The notes: generated by a model not told the origin, from the sequence alone. 64,000 nt of DNA from Macrostomum hystrix (GCA_950097015.1 CATNEN010000032.1:1612001-1676000); one strand, 5' to 3'. Counted from the first letter of the stretch, positions 36,904-52,300 are shown. Numbers and translations are program-made.

Positions 36904-37828
36904 AAACGCCGTATACAGTACGCAAATTTTGGCGAATTTTCAAAACTATGTCTTGTCGGTGAATTCTTTTAATAATGTAAAGTAAAGTGAGGTTATATAA
37001 ATACTTTGGTTGAAGTATATAATTCGAGGTGTGTTATAGACATTAAATGAAAAACATATGAAAATCTGTAAATTTGCAAACGCTTAGGCGCTAGGGCTAG
37101 AACATATTTCTGATTTGTTACATCGTTTCAAATAATATTAAATATTTTGTGTCATGTCTTCTTACTTTGTGTTTGTGTCTGTTTGTGTCTTCTTACTTTC
37201 GTTTGCAGGTTAATGATCAAATCTAACATGTTGTCTTTCTGTTTGTATATGTTGTATTTTAAGCTTTTCGAAGTTAATAATACATGTAAGAGACAACATA
37301 CAAAAATCTTAATTTGGGCATGATTGATGCTTATACCAAAAAGTATATACAAAAAATGTTCCAGCACTTAAATACTTTGTTAAGATGATTCTTTTATAGC
37401 TTGATATGTAATCATTTGCCTTTTGTTCATAATATATACATTTTATATTACATTTCATGCTTTGTGTTTAGGCTTAGAACTAACTTTTATACACTTAGGC
37501 TTTTGCCACCAAGGCTTACAAAAAGTATATTTTTAGTTGACCTAATATGCATAAATGTTTATGAGTGGTTCTTTGCAAAATAGTTCAATATATGTAGTAT
37601 ATTTTGCTTGAATAATTGTATTTTTACATATTCTTTAGAAGCATCTCTAACAAAAGACAATCAAATTTATATTAAATATTGCATTTTCTATCGATACAAA
37701 TTCTTAGCCATAAAAACCATTTGATTGAATATTGAAACTTAACATTTTAGATTTCAGCCTGTCATTAAATAGTGTGAGCAGCAAGTTTCATAACCCCAGA
37801 AAAATACATAATTAGCAATTCATTAAGC

Positions 37829-39221
<1,393 letters not shown>

Positions 39222-39694
39222 TTTTTGCCGATGCTTTGCGCCTACTGCTAAACAAGTAGTATGGCTGGCGCTTTTTTCGACCATTTATACATTTATTCCA
39301 AATTAATGAATCCATCCTGCAAATGATTCGATTTTCAGATGAATGACGCCTTGGCTATCAATAGCTGATAAAGGTGGCACAAAAAAGACAATTAAAACAA
39401 TTGACCTACTGTCTTCCTTAAAAACTGAGTAGTATGTATTGCTTCATTATGCCAATTTTATAATTGTCTTCCCTGAATGCAAGATTTATCTTCATTTATC
39501 TTTTTTAGTGTTTTACAATTGTTTATTTTTGCCTTTCCTGTCACGCAAGTATATAATGATGTTGTTTCTCTCTACCGGGAAATTGTGCACAACTCAGCAG
39601 GATTTGAATCTCTGTCTCTGATAATAAACTATCTTATACTCGTACATAAATATTTGCCAAATTTCGTGCATCTCGTGACCAGCGACCTTACAGA

Positions 39695-40234
39695 CAGTGG
39701 CGCAACCAGGGGGGGGCGGGGGTTGCGGCCGCCCCCCCTGCGGCCCGCGGGGGCAATGTACGCAAAGGGCAAGCCAAGACGCTTCTTAATTTATTACCTT
39801 ATCTCATTCCCTGTCCCCCAAGTCCAACGTACATAGACCAAAGACCAAGTCCAAGACCATTGGTCATACATTAATTTTCAAGCTTTCATTATAATCGTGC
39901 GTGCGTTCTGATTTTTTAAACCTTTTAAATCGTCTGGGCCCTACCCTACCGGCCCTTGAAATTGGCCCAGGAATGATGGGCGAAAACCGCGAAACAGAGC
40001 GCGCTCCACCTGGCGGCCGCCCCCCTTCGACCCGCGGGGCAATGTACGCAAAGGGCAATGTACGCAAAGGGCAATGTACGCAAAGGGCAATGTACGCAAA
40101 GGGTAATGTACGCAAAGGGCAATGTACGCAAAGGGCAATGTACGCAAAGGGCAATGTACGCAAAGGGCAATGTACGCAAAGGGCAATGTACGCAAAGACC
40201 GCCCCCCCTAAGGCAAAACCTGGTTGCGCCACTG
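39695..40234. mobile_element. Non-autonomous hAT-type DNA transposon (MITE), 540 bp
   Basis: Perfect 16-bp TIRs CAGTGGCGCAACCAGG (39695-39710) / CCTGGTTGCGCCACTG (40219-40234), flanked by a perfect 8-bp TSD CTTACAGA (39687-39694, 40235-40242). No transposase ORF. An 8-bp TSD with CAG termini is typical of hAT. Confidence 0.88.
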
Positions 40235-40627
40235 CTTACAGATATTAGACATTATATTTATGCGTACAAACAATACATTCCTTTTGACACAGTTTATACT
40301 CTTTTTTATCATTTTTACTCTTCAAATTCGAATGCCAAATCTAAAAAAGTAGCTCGTCTTGTTAAAAAGGACCACTTCCAATATCGTGAATATTAAATAT
40401 AAATTTCTACCTTATATATGCAATTCACAGAAAGAATAAAATAACTTTTCTGATCTCTCCTTGAGGGTGCTTCACACTTTTGCACCATTCTTTTTGTTAG
40501 GACTGTACAGTGAAGTCGAAACCAGCATTTCTATCTTGAACTCATCCAACTATCAATTATTGATTAAGAAGCCAAAATGCTGGTAACCGACGCATTAGTG
40601 TACTTCAGGGGCGAGGCGAGACCCAAG

Positions 40628-40955
40628 AGTGAGATGAGATCCATAGAGTGAGATGATATCCATAGAGTGAGATGATATCCATAGAGTGAGATGAGATCCA
40701 TAGAGTGAGACAGATCCATAGAGTGAGATGAGATGCACAGAGTGAGATGAGATCCATAGAGTGAGACAGATCCATAGAGTGAGATGAGATCCATAGAGTG
40801 AGATGAGATCCATAGAGTGAGATGAGATCCATAGAGTGAGATGAGATTCATAGAGTGAGACAGATCCATAGAGTGAGATGAGATGCATAGAGTGAGATGA
40901 GATCCATAGAGTGAGACAGATCCATAGAGTGAGATGAGCTGCATAGAGTGAGTTG
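40628..40955. repeat. 19-bp minisatellite GATCCATAGAGTGAGATGA
   Basis: About 17 copies. Confidence 0.93.
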
Positions 40956-41539
40956 ATCTGAATTAGTCTCACACTCATAGTGATTAAGCAGCTTCAGTAG
41001 ATACTTTTTGAACTGTGCACGGTTTCAATAAAAACAGAGTTAAGGTTTGTTGTGCCGCGTTAGAAGACTCACTGTCTGACTGCTACTGCTGTATAAAAGT
41101 GTACTCCATAGAACTCACAACGCAAATACTGGATTTCCTGTTGGACTGAGCTGGAGTGAACGAGATGTATAGAGTAAATTCTCGCGTCAAATCCTATTGT
41201 CTTACACTGTCTCACTCTCTCCCACTCTCTCTCTGATAAGGGACGCACACTTTCTGAAGCCCATTGTTAGCGGAGGTGGTAGCAAAGAGAGGCTTATAGT
41301 GGCGCCAGGGATTGATGTCAGATAAGAGAGATGGCTGGCTATTATGCTTGAATGATTAAATGAGCAGTGCTCAAGATTAGCTGCTAAGGCAGCCATGAGC
41401 TTTCTAGTAGCCGTAACAGAATCAAATCGGAGAAATGAAATGAGAAATGAAATGAGCAGGTATTGTCTTCCTGACTTCATGATGAACACAATGTCAGGTC
41501 TGTATTAAGATACAGGTTTTCCTTAGGAAATTAACAGCC

Positions 41540-42488
41540 TCTGACATTGATAAACAAACTTAGACATTGATAAACAAACTTTGACATTGATAAACAAACT
41601 TTGACATTGATAAACCAACTTTGACATTGATAAACAAACTTTGACATTGATAAACAAACTTTGACATTGATAAACCAACTTTGACATTGATAAACCAACT
41701 TTGACATTGATAAACAAACTTTGACATTGATAAACAAACTTTGACATTGATAAACCAACTTTGACATTGATAAACCAACTTTGACATTGATAAACCAACT
41801 TTGACATTGATAAACCAACTTTGACATTGATAAACCAACTTTGACATTGATAAACCAACTTTGACATTGATAAACAAACTTTGACATTGTGGCTACAAAC
41901 AGACTTACGGATATATAAAAGCCTATCGCATAAATAAACAGACTCTCGCATTGATGAACAGACTCTCGCTTTGATAAACAGACTTCCGCATGGATAAACA
42001 GACTCTCGCTTTGATAAACAGACTCTCGCTTCGATAAACAGACTCTCGCTTTGATAAACAGACTCTCGCTTCGATAAACAGACTCTCGCTTTGATAAACA
42101 GACTCTCACATTGATAAACAGACTCTCGCTTTGATAAACAGACTCTCACATTGATAAACAGACTCTCGCTTTGATAAACAGACTCCCGCATGGATAAACG
42201 TGCAGACACAAACAGATACATACTCACATTGATAAACGGACACTCACATTGATAAACAGACTCTCACATTGATAAACAGACACTCACATTGATAAACAGA
42301 CACTCACATTGATAAACAGACACTCAAATCTGATAAACAGAGACTCACATTGATAAACAGACACTCAAATCGATAAACAGACACTCAAATTGATAAACAG
42401 ACACTCAAATTGATAAACAGACACTTACATTGATAAACAGACACTCACATTGATAAAAAGACACTCACATTGATAAAAAGACACTCAA
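41540..42488. repeat. Compound 20-bp minisatellite with TTGATAAAC core (three successive unit types)
   Basis: TTGACATTGATAAAC[A/C]AACT, then GATAAACAGACTCTCGCTTT, then GATAAACAGACACTCACATT. Confidence 0.92.
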
Positions 42489-43009
42489 GTCTTTACTTAA
42501 TCAGACTTTATTCACACTAAGTTATGTGAAATATATTTTCTGTCAAGTATTTAGTAGGTTTAACTAAAAGTTTAGCATTTCAGGCGCAAAGTTGATGTAA
42601 GTTGAGTTGCGTAAGTAGTCAACAGAGGGTGGTGACCAATTAGCGAAAGCCTCAAATATTTTAAACTAGCTACGAGCTATAATCGGTTTGCAGCATGTTT
42701 GTGAGTTCATTGATAATGGTGCTGGGCAGTGAGATAACAACATGTACAACTAAAAGACTAAGATTTGTAAGACAAGAAAAGCCACAAATACTGATGCATC
42801 CTAGAAGGTAGGTTTATTAACGATCAATTTTACGCTCGTGAGTAGTTTTGTACTAAACTCTGTACAGATCCTCAACTGAACTCTGTACAGATTCTCAATT
42901 GAACTCTGTGCTGATCCTCAGCTAAACCCTCACGACAGTATTTTTCCAATAGTTTCTTGGAAATCCCAATCAACCCATAAAAATGAAGCCATCCAAGTAT
43001 AGTAGCAGG

Positions 43010-46000
43010 TCAGCTCTTAATGGCAACGATTGGCGTCAGGGCACTGGAATTGCCGGGCGGGCTATAGTATCCCTGCGACATGGCTCTGTGCAGGGCCCGG
43101 GCGCTCACGAACATGCCAACAGAGCCGAACAACAGGCCCATACCGATGATGACCAAATCCAGGGCCAGAATGAGCACACTCACGCTGTGACGCTTCAGTG
43201 AGAAGTGAAAATAGGCCGGCCAGACGAAGGACAGCATGGTGCCCGTGAAGCTGCCGATCAGGCCGCACAGCAGGGCGAAGTGCGGCACGGTGATGGCGAT
43301 GACGTAGGTGAACAGGACCAGGACCGCGCGCGGCACCAGCGCCCACAGTTTGAACTCGCCGACATTGTTCCAGCAGGAGGGCAAGGGCCAGCCGGAGAAG
43401 AGACTGCTTTCCAGGAAATTGGCCGCGGCAAAGTAGGGCAACGGATAGGAGCAGAGCGCCTTCACGACCAGGGCGATGTTGACGGTCACCTTCAGCGGCT
43501 CGCTCACTAGATTGTTCGTGATGACCTCCTTTGTGTGCTCGGCAAAGGTGACATAACCAATGTAACCAAACAGCGCTTTGAAGATTGCCGACAGGAAGTG
43601 AGTCCAGTTCATCATGCGGCCGAAGCTGGCCTTGTTGATCAGATTGTACTCCAGTGTTGGCAGGAAGATGTGCGACGTGTAAGAGAACACAATTATGCCC
43701 ACGGAGATTGGAAAGGTGTTGATGTCCACGTGAAACTGCACCTGCGGGAACCAGGAAGTTAAAGTTTTGCGGAATTTCAAATGATTTTGTTTCACTGCGT
43801 GCATGGTTGAAGGATTTGGAAATCGAAGTGTTTAGAGCGCCCCACAACGTCAACTGTGGATCTTTTTGTGTCGATCTCGAGCAATTTCGATATTTTCGGG
43901 AAAGTGCATTTAAGTTAGCCAAAACTGCGACCAAATCTGTTCATTAATTGCAGAGCAAAGCAAGGCACCACTGACAAACATAGCCCAAGAAAAAAAGGTG
44001 ACGCTAGACCCGCTAAACAGAGCGAGAAATATTACATTAGAAAATTCACCTTGTTTGGCTGCCACTCGGCCGCCTTTGTCAGGCAGTAGACAATGATGAT
44101 GCAGTTGATGATTACGTGAGTGACCGTGTTCCAGAACGAGATCCAGCTGACGTGCCGCAGCGAGGTCAGCGCCGCACACGGCAGCAAGCAGACGAAGCTG
44201 ACGCTGACCCAGGCGGCGAAGCTGAGCCGGCCGTGGGGGAAGCAGCCGCGCATGAGGTCACCGCAGAGCACCAGGTACAGAATGCAGGTCATCAGGGCCT
44301 CGGTGATGGCGGCCGCGTTAACCACCATGCCGCCCAGGCGGCTGCGGAACACGAATTCCGCAATCTCGCGATAGCTGGCCCGGACCCTGACGCCGTCCTC
44401 GTACAAGCAGGCGATGAGGATCCGGCCCGTGTAACAGCAGATGAAGGCCACAATGACAATGAAGAGGACGGACCAGTAACCTCCGTGCAGAACGGCATAC
44501 GGCAGGCTGACCAAGAACATGCCCTGGAGTTTTTGCGGTACAGTAAAATTGCAGTCATGACGACATTTCTTTGGTATTTCCATTGCCAGGAATGTAATAA
44601 TAAACTGGACAATGGACCATCATTTGGTGACAGTAAATCCTCAGCCACTGGGGAGAAAAATTTGTTCATTCCACGCACACGCACTCAGATACAGATTCAC
44701 GTTCGCATACACAGGTGTGTACATCTGACCGGACTTTCTCATCGTCAGGCGCGTGCACTCTCTCACTGTACCTTCGAGTTTGGCCCTCAAGGGCGTAAAT
44801 TGCATGACAAGCCACCAAGCCTTCTCTCTGCGGCTGCGCCCCAAATGAATGAATGCGGCCTCGCCGCGGGTTTGAGCTCATTGCGACTAATCACAAATCT
44901 AAAGACACTGAAACAGGGGCAAATTATGCGCTGCTTCAACAAGCACTGCTTCTGTCCATTCCAGAGATCGATTAATGACGCGGTGGACGCTGATGCTTGA
45001 AATTGCGAGTCGATGTGGGCAATCTGATCCCCTTGCCCCACCCCCTCGATAGTTTGCGGCCGGTTCGCTGCTCCTGTTCACGGATACCAGGAGATCAACC
45101 AATGCCACCGATCCCATCCTTGTGTGTTGTCCTGAGTGATCTCTGAAACCTGTCACAGGCACGCGGGGGGTCCGCCCGCAAATCCTCGCTTCGGTGAGAT
45201 ATTCTTGGTGGATGGCTAGCTCAGAAATTGATCCCCACAGGCTGTGAAGAGCAGCTGGAAGAGCTTCGAGCGGGGGCAAGGTGTCCCCTTTCTGTGCCTC
45301 GCTGGCTCTCTGTCCCAGCTGCTTCTGTTCAATGAGACTCGAGCCCCCAGGTGTGCAACGGCGCAGGAGCGGTCTCCGCTGTCTGCGAGATGCGCATTGA
45401 TTCGCTCCTCTTACTGCTACTGCCTCGGCAGACATTCGGGACGATCAATTCCAGGGGACGAAGAATAACCAGGCAACACTTTTGCAGTGCGCTTATCGGC
45501 AACTGCTCCATTGGGGTAGCATTGGAGTGCCCCCTCCTTCCCCCGCTAGCAAGTCTGCGGGAACATCGGCTCAAATCTCACGCATGGATTGTGTTTCCTA
45601 TTACTCTGGTGCGGAGCAACCCTCAGCCCTTGAGGTACTTTCTTGAACTATTCTTTGACAGAATTGGTTTGCCTCTGGTACGCTTTGGTTCGAGATTTTT
45701 TATGATCTTCTGGTGATGCTTTGTTTTGCTTGGTGGGTAATTTGGTGTCTTTGGGGAGATTATCAGCGAGACTTTCTCACGAGGGTCGTGAGTTCAAATC
45801 TCAGCCCTAGAACAGCTCAAATAAAATTTAACCTTAAGCAAAGTACAATTTCCATAGGGCTCCCGTTCACCGAGCTAAAAAACTGGTACCAGCATCTTCC
45901 AGAACCGGAAGATTCTTCGATTTGTTTCGGGAAGATTCTACGATTTCTTTCGGGAAGATTCTACGATTTGTTTTCGGAAGATTCTACGATTTGTTTCGGG

Positions 46001-47832
46001 AAGATTCTACGATTTGTTTCGGGAAGATTCTTCGATTTGTTTCGGGAAGATTCTTCGATTTGTTTCGGGAAGATTCTACGATTTGTTTCGGGAAGATTCT
46101 ACGATTTGTTTCGGGAAGATTCTACGATTTGTTTTCGGAAGATTCTACGATTTGTTTCGGGAAGATTCTACGATTTGTTTTCGGAAGATTCTACGATTTG
46201 TTTCGGGAAGATTCTACGATTTGTTTCGGGAAGATTCTTCGATTTGTTTCGGGAAGATTCTACGATTTGTTTCGGGAAGATTCTACGATTTGTTTCGGGA
46301 AGATTCTTCGATTTGTTTCGGGAAGATTCTACGATTTGTTTCGGGAAGATTCTTCGATTTGTTTCGGGAAGATTCTACGATTTGTTTCGGGAAGATTCTA
46401 CGATTTGTTTCGGGAAGATTCTTCGATTTGTTTCGGGAAGATTCTACGATTTGTTTCGGGAAGATTCTTCGATTTGTTTCGGGAAGATTCTACGATTTGT
46501 TTCGGGAAGATTCTACGATTTGTTTCGGGAAGATTCTTCGATTTGTTTCGGGAAGATTCTTCGATTTGTTTCGGGAAGATTCTACGATTTGTTTCGGGAA
46601 GATTCTACGATTTGTTTCGGGAAGATTCTACGATTTGTTTCGGGAAGATTCTACGATTTGTTTCGGGAAGATTCTACGATTTGTTTCGGGAAGATTCTAC
46701 GATTTCTTTCGGGAAGATTCTACGATTTGTTTTCGGAAGATTCTACGATTTGTTTCGGGAAGATTCTACGATTTGTTTCGGGAAGATTCTACGATTTGTT
46801 TCGGGAAGATTCTTAGGTGTGTTTTTGGAATTTTTTTGTTTCATCGAAGAGATTTTTTGTTAGTTTGGAGACATTTTTCAGAGTTCTCCCCACGGGCCCC
46901 CACTATTACCTCTGTTTATTTCCTTAGTTATTTCGGATGCCACACAGATTGACACCCCAATTAAAGTTGTTGAGACACTTTTCACACGGCTCAAGAAGCG
47001 ATTCCGCTTCACTCCAGCTCACAGTTTTTGAGCTCTGTCATCCGGAATGTCTGGCACACATCGCGACCCGCTCGTGATGCTGAGGCCAAACGACACAAGG
47101 CAGTGAATTATTCACGATCTACCGGGCTTTGGGTGTAAGTACCATCGCCCATGCACGTGTCTGGTCGCAGCGCTTTCTCCAGTGGAATAATCGACGACCG
47201 TGAATGAATGATCCCTGTCTCTGTTGGGAGACAGAAACGCCCCTGCATGATCTTGCGGGAGTCGAAACGGTACAGGTTGTGCTTCAGCTAACACTTGTGC
47301 GTTAGACGCTTCGCCTATTTTGTGCCTCATTTGAAGATAGTTATGGCGACTTTTTCTTTCGCTAGTACTAAGAGTATGTATGGGTACCGGCATTGACTAA
47401 GTTAAGCATTGAAACATTAAACATGATTGAAATCATTATTACGCTCCACGTGAAGTCACCAACCTGAATGGCGTTCGTTACGTTCCAAGCGGCTTGCCAA
47501 GCTGTGATCTGATTGCGATCTTGCAATCGATTCGAACCCTGTCCGCCCTCTCCGCTAGTTCCGCCTTCGCCGCCATCTACAGCTTGGTCACCACTGACGC
47601 CACCTCCAAATCCGTTTCGATTGCAGGTGCCACCTTCAGCGTTATCGTCGTCTGTCTCCTCGACGAAGCGATGAAATCCGTGCTGCACTTGGCTGCCGCT
47701 GCCGCCTCCGCCGTCACCACCTCCATCATTGCCGCATCCATCGTCGTCATCGTGCCTAGAGCCTCGGCTCAAAAGCTGTCTCAGACTTGGCTGCGGCAGG
47801 TTGTGAGTACTGTAGGGAGCTTGGCTTCGCAT
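43010..47832 (-). CDS. SLC32A1: Vesicular inhibitory amino acid (GABA/glycine) transporter VGAT/VIAAT (unc-47), about 524 aa; exons 47464-47832, 44050-44523, 43010-43741
   Basis: ITAWQAAWNVTNAIQ|GMFLVSLPYAVLHGGY, CCYTGRILIACLYE, TCILYLVLCGDLM, FPISVGIIVFSYTSHIFLPTLE, KEVITNNL, KALCSYPLPYFAA, PHFALLCGLIGSFTGTMLSFVWPAYFH. Introns are phase-0 GT-AG; an in-frame TAA precedes the ATG at 47832. Confidence 0.94.
44620..45002 (+). mobile_element. Dispersed intronic repeat family, copy C (VGAT intron 1)
   Basis: Collinear shared blocks with 2804-3060, read by eye. Confidence 0.5.
45905..46812. repeat. 23-bp minisatellite GGGAAGATTCT[A/T]CGATTTGTTTC
   Basis: About 39 copies in VGAT intron 1. Confidence 0.95.
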
Positions 47833-49341
47833 TTCAGATTTTGCTTATAGAATTTGTGGTTCCTCGGTGCTCTAGTGGCTTAATAGAGCAGCTTTTCTTA
47901 TCGTTGGTTACAGTCAGATTCTGTGCGAGCCTTCAAACAGACATTGAGAATGGTTTAATTACTGTGCCCTTCATCAGTGGTGATGCAGGTAAACACATGG
48001 CAACCAATGGGACGTTTTTCAAGGCTCTAACATCAGAGCTGCCCATTCCACCGCTGCCACCGTCTGCTACAGCCAATGAATTTCCCTCGGGGATTCTAAG
48101 GCACATTTAGCCAACGTGCTTTAATCCCACTTTCCTCAGTTTTTACTCATGTCCTTAAGCACTGGCGTTTTCTTTTCGTCTGCGGACCAGGCTCGCTACG
48201 TGGGGCGTCCCACAGGATCCCAGTTATCCCCGCGAATCCCTTGGCCCATCACAGCTTAATCTTGCTGCCAGCACAGTGAGCAGAGAATAGATCGAGCCAC
48301 CACATAATCCTTTGGCAGCAAAGTTCTCCCATTTGGCTAAGCTTGTCATCGCAAATGTTCCCGACCCTTCCATAGACTGGCGACCTGAGCTGGCAAGTGC
48401 GAGTCGCCCAGTCTTCGCCTCGCCCTCGACCTGAAACCGATAAAAAATGGGCGGCTAGCAACCGATTTTTAACAAGGCGTGGTTTGTTTTTGTCAGTGAA
48501 GACCTGGAAAGACAGGCTTCTAGTGATGCCACATTTCTAGACTGTGCTTTTATCATTGAAGGCTTCTGCAGAAGGTCACGATTCGCAAAAAAAATTTTTT
48601 TAAAGATAATTATATTTTAAAACTGCTCTTACTCCTAGTTAAATGCAAGAACTACTAAAGTAGACAAAAGCTAACTGCCTTCGGTTAAATGTTTCATAAA
48701 CAAAAAATTCTATTGATCCTACTCGCATTCAGTAGGCAGTGATGTCTGCATGCTTTTAAACACAGAAAATTCCCTTGGCGATGCGGACACACTGAAGGGT
48801 AAGTCGTGAACCAAAACTGGATGTGAGGGTTCATAGGGATGCACTGGTATGGCCCGAGGGTTTCGGGGTTGGCGGATGAGTCATCCAACCCGCTGAAGAA
48901 TAACTATTGAAAGAATTTTAGTCAAACAACATTTCTTGGAATCCATTTTAAGAAATTATAAATTAAGATAGGACTAAAGTTACAATAATTTTCACTTGGT
49001 TTTGCCACTATCACCTCGTGTAATATCAGAAAAAACATCTAGAAAAAGTAAATTAACAAAAACAAAAATGTTTGTCTGCATTATAGAGGAAAACGGCGGA
49101 TATCGAGTCTGAATTTTGTAATTCATTTATACATCGAAGTGAAGTTTATGATCTTTTCGCAGACTTGAAATTTGTTAGTTGCTTAGATACTGTCAGAGGT
49201 GAAGCGAAGGTATGGTTAAGGGGAGCAGAGACAATAGAATGGTGGGTTTATACAAGATTCGCACATGGCAATAATTAATACTGACACACGATTTTCTAAC
49301 GCCGAAGCTAAATTGTTGTTCGCTGTCTGTCGAATTGTTGT

Positions 49342-52300
49342 TCAGCACTTCTCCCGGTTGATTCTGCAGCCGTAGCACAGCAGGCACACCTGGTCGGCCT
49401 GACCCACCGCTCTGATCAGCATGGGGTAGCAGCGCCTGTGACTGTCGTTTGTCAGCTGAACTCCGCAATCCTACGACCGGATTGACAGAAAGTTTCAATA
49501 AAGGGCATCCATCCTTTCCCCTGTCATCTCATCTCTCCCGTGTCTCATCTCTCCCGTGTCTCATCTCTCCCGTGTCTCATCTCTCCCGTGTCTCATCTCT
49601 CCCGTGTCTCATCTCTCCCGTGTCTCATCTCTCCCGTGTCTCATCTCTCCCGTGTCTCATCTCTCCCGTGTCTCATCTCTCCCGTGTCTCATCTCTCCCG
49701 TGTCTCATCTCTCCCGTGTCTCATCTCTCCCGTGTCTCATCTCTCCCGTGTCTCATCTCTCCCGTGTCTCATCTCTCCCGTGTCTCATCTCTCCCGTGTC
49801 TCATCTCTCCCGTGTCTCATCTCTCCCGTGTCTCATCTCTCCCGTGTCTCATCTCTCCCGTGTCTCATCTCTCCCGTGTCTCATCTCTCCCGTGTCTCAT
49901 CTCTCCCGTGCTCATCTCTCCCGTGTCTCATCTCTCCTGTGTCTCATCTCTCCCGTGTCTCATCTCTCCCGTGTCTCATCTCTCCCGTGTCTCATCTCTC
50001 CCGTGTCACATCTCTCCCGTTTCTCACCTCTCCCGTGTCACATCTCTCCCGTGTCTCATCTCTCCCGTGTCTCATCTCTCCCGTGTCTCATCTCTCCCGT
50101 GTCTCATCTCTCCCGTGTCTCATCTCTCCCGTGTCTCATCTCTCCTGTGTCTCATCTCTCCCGTGTCTCATCTCTCCCGTGTCTCATCTCTCCTGTGTCT
50201 CATCTCTCCCGTGTCTCATCTCTCCCGTGTCTCATCTCTCCACTGCCTCATCTCTCCCGTGTCTCATCTCTCCCGTGTCTCATCTCTCCCGTGTCTCATC
50301 TCCCCGGTGTCTCATCTCTCCCGTGTCTCATCTCTCCCGTGTCTCATCTCTCCCGTGTCTCATCTCTCCCGTGTCTCATCTCTCCCGTGTCTCATCTCTC
50401 CCGTGTCTCATCTCTCCCGTGTCTCATCTCTCCCGTGTCTCATCTCTCCCGTGTCTCATCTCTCCCGTGTCTCATCTCTCCGTGTCTCATCTCTCCCGTG
50501 TCCTCATCTCTCCCGTGTCTCATCTCTCCCGTGTCTCATCTCTCCCGTGTCTCATCTCTCCCGTGTCTCATCTCTCCCGTGTCTCATCTCTCCCGTGTCT
50601 CATCTCTCCCGTGTCTCATCTCTCCCGTGTCTCATCTCTCCCGTGTCTCATCTCTCCCGTGTCTCATCTCTCCCGTGTCTCATCTCTCCTGTGTCTCATC
50701 TCTCCCGTGTCTCATCTCTCCCGTGTCTCATCTCTCCCGTGTCTCATCTCTCCGGTGCCTCATCTCTCCGTGTCTCATCTCTCCCGTGTCTCATCTCCCC
50801 GGTGTCTCATCTCTCCTTGTCTCATCTCTCCGTGTCTCATCTCTCCGTGTCTCATCTCTCCCGTGTCTCATCTCCCCGGTGTCTTATCTCTCCGGTGTCT
50901 CATCTCTCCCGTGTCTCATCTCTCCCGTGTCTCATCTCTCCCGTGTCACATCTCTCCCGTGTCTCATCTCTCCCGTGTCTCATCTCTCCTGTGTCTCATC
51001 TCTCCCGTGTCTCATCTCTCCCGTGTCTCATCTCTCCCGTGTCTCATCTCTCCCGTGTCTCATCTCTCCTGTGTCTCATCTCTCCCGTGTCTCATCTCTC
51101 CCGTGTCTCATCTCTCCCGTGTCTCATCTCTCCCGTGTCTCATCTCTCCCGTGTCTCATCTCTCCTGTGTCTCATCTCTCCCGTGTCTCATCTCTCCCGT
51201 GTCTCATCTCTCCTGTGTCTCATCTCTCCCGTGTCTCATCTCTCCTGTGTCTCATCTCTCCCGTGTCTCATCTCTCCCGTGTCTCATCTCTCCCGTGTCT
51301 CATCTCTCCCGTGTCTCATCTCTCCCGTGTCTCATCTCTCCCGTGTCTCATCTCTCCCGTGTCTCATCTCTCCCGTGTCTCATCTCTCCACTGCCTCATC
51401 TCTCCCGTGTCTCATCTCTCCCGTGTCACATCTCTCCCGTGTCTCATCTCTCCCGTGTCTCATCTCTCCCGTGTCTCATCTCTCCCGTGTCTCATCTCTC
51501 CCGTGTCTCATCTCTCCACTGCCTCATCTCTCCCGTGTCTCATCTCTCCCGTGTCTCATCTCTCCCGTGTCTCATCTCTCCCGTGTCTCATCTCTCCCGT
51601 GTCTCATCTCTCCCGTGTCTCATCTCTCCCGTGTCTCATCTCTCCGTGTCTCATCTCTCCCGTGTCTCATCTCTCCCGTGTCTCATCTCTCCCGTGTCAC
51701 ATCTCTCCCGTGTCTCAATCTCTCCCGTGTCACATCTCTCCCGTGTCTCATCTCTCCCGTGTCTCATCTCTCCCGTGTCTCATCTCTCCCGTGTCTCATC
51801 TCTCCCGTGTCTCATCTCTCCCGTGTCTCATCTCTCCCGTGTCTCATCTCTCCCGTGTCTCATCTCTCCCGTGTCTCATCTCTCCTGTGTCTCATCTCTC
51901 CCGTGTCTCATCTCTCCCGTGTCTCATCTCTCCTGTGTCTCATCTCTCCCGTGTCTCATCTCTCCTGTGTCTCATCTCTCCCGTGTCTCATCTCTCCCGT
52001 GTCTCATCTCTCCCGTGTCTCATCTCTCCCGTGTCTCATCTCTCCCGTGTCTCATCTCTCCCGTGTCTCATCTCTCCCGTGTCTCATCTCTCCCGTGTCT
52101 CATCTCTCCACTGCCTCATCTCTCCCGTGTCTCATCTCTCCCGTGTCACATCTCTCCCGTGTCTCATCTCTCCCGTGTCTCATCTCTCCCGTGTCTCATC
52201 TCTCCCGTGTCTCATCTCTCCCGTGTCTCATCTCTCCACTGCCTCATCTCTCCCGTGTCTCATCTCTCCCGTGTCTCATCTCTCCCGTGTCTCATCTCTC

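Noticed and set aside
41202-41489. 95-aa ORF with a hydrophobic, signal-peptide-like start
   Set aside because: No recognisable family or supporting splice structure; length is within chance expectation.
47112-47393. ORF with FTVVDYSTG, reminiscent of an LTR integrase first-Asp strand
   Set aside because: Too short, and there are no other integrase, RT or LTR features nearby.
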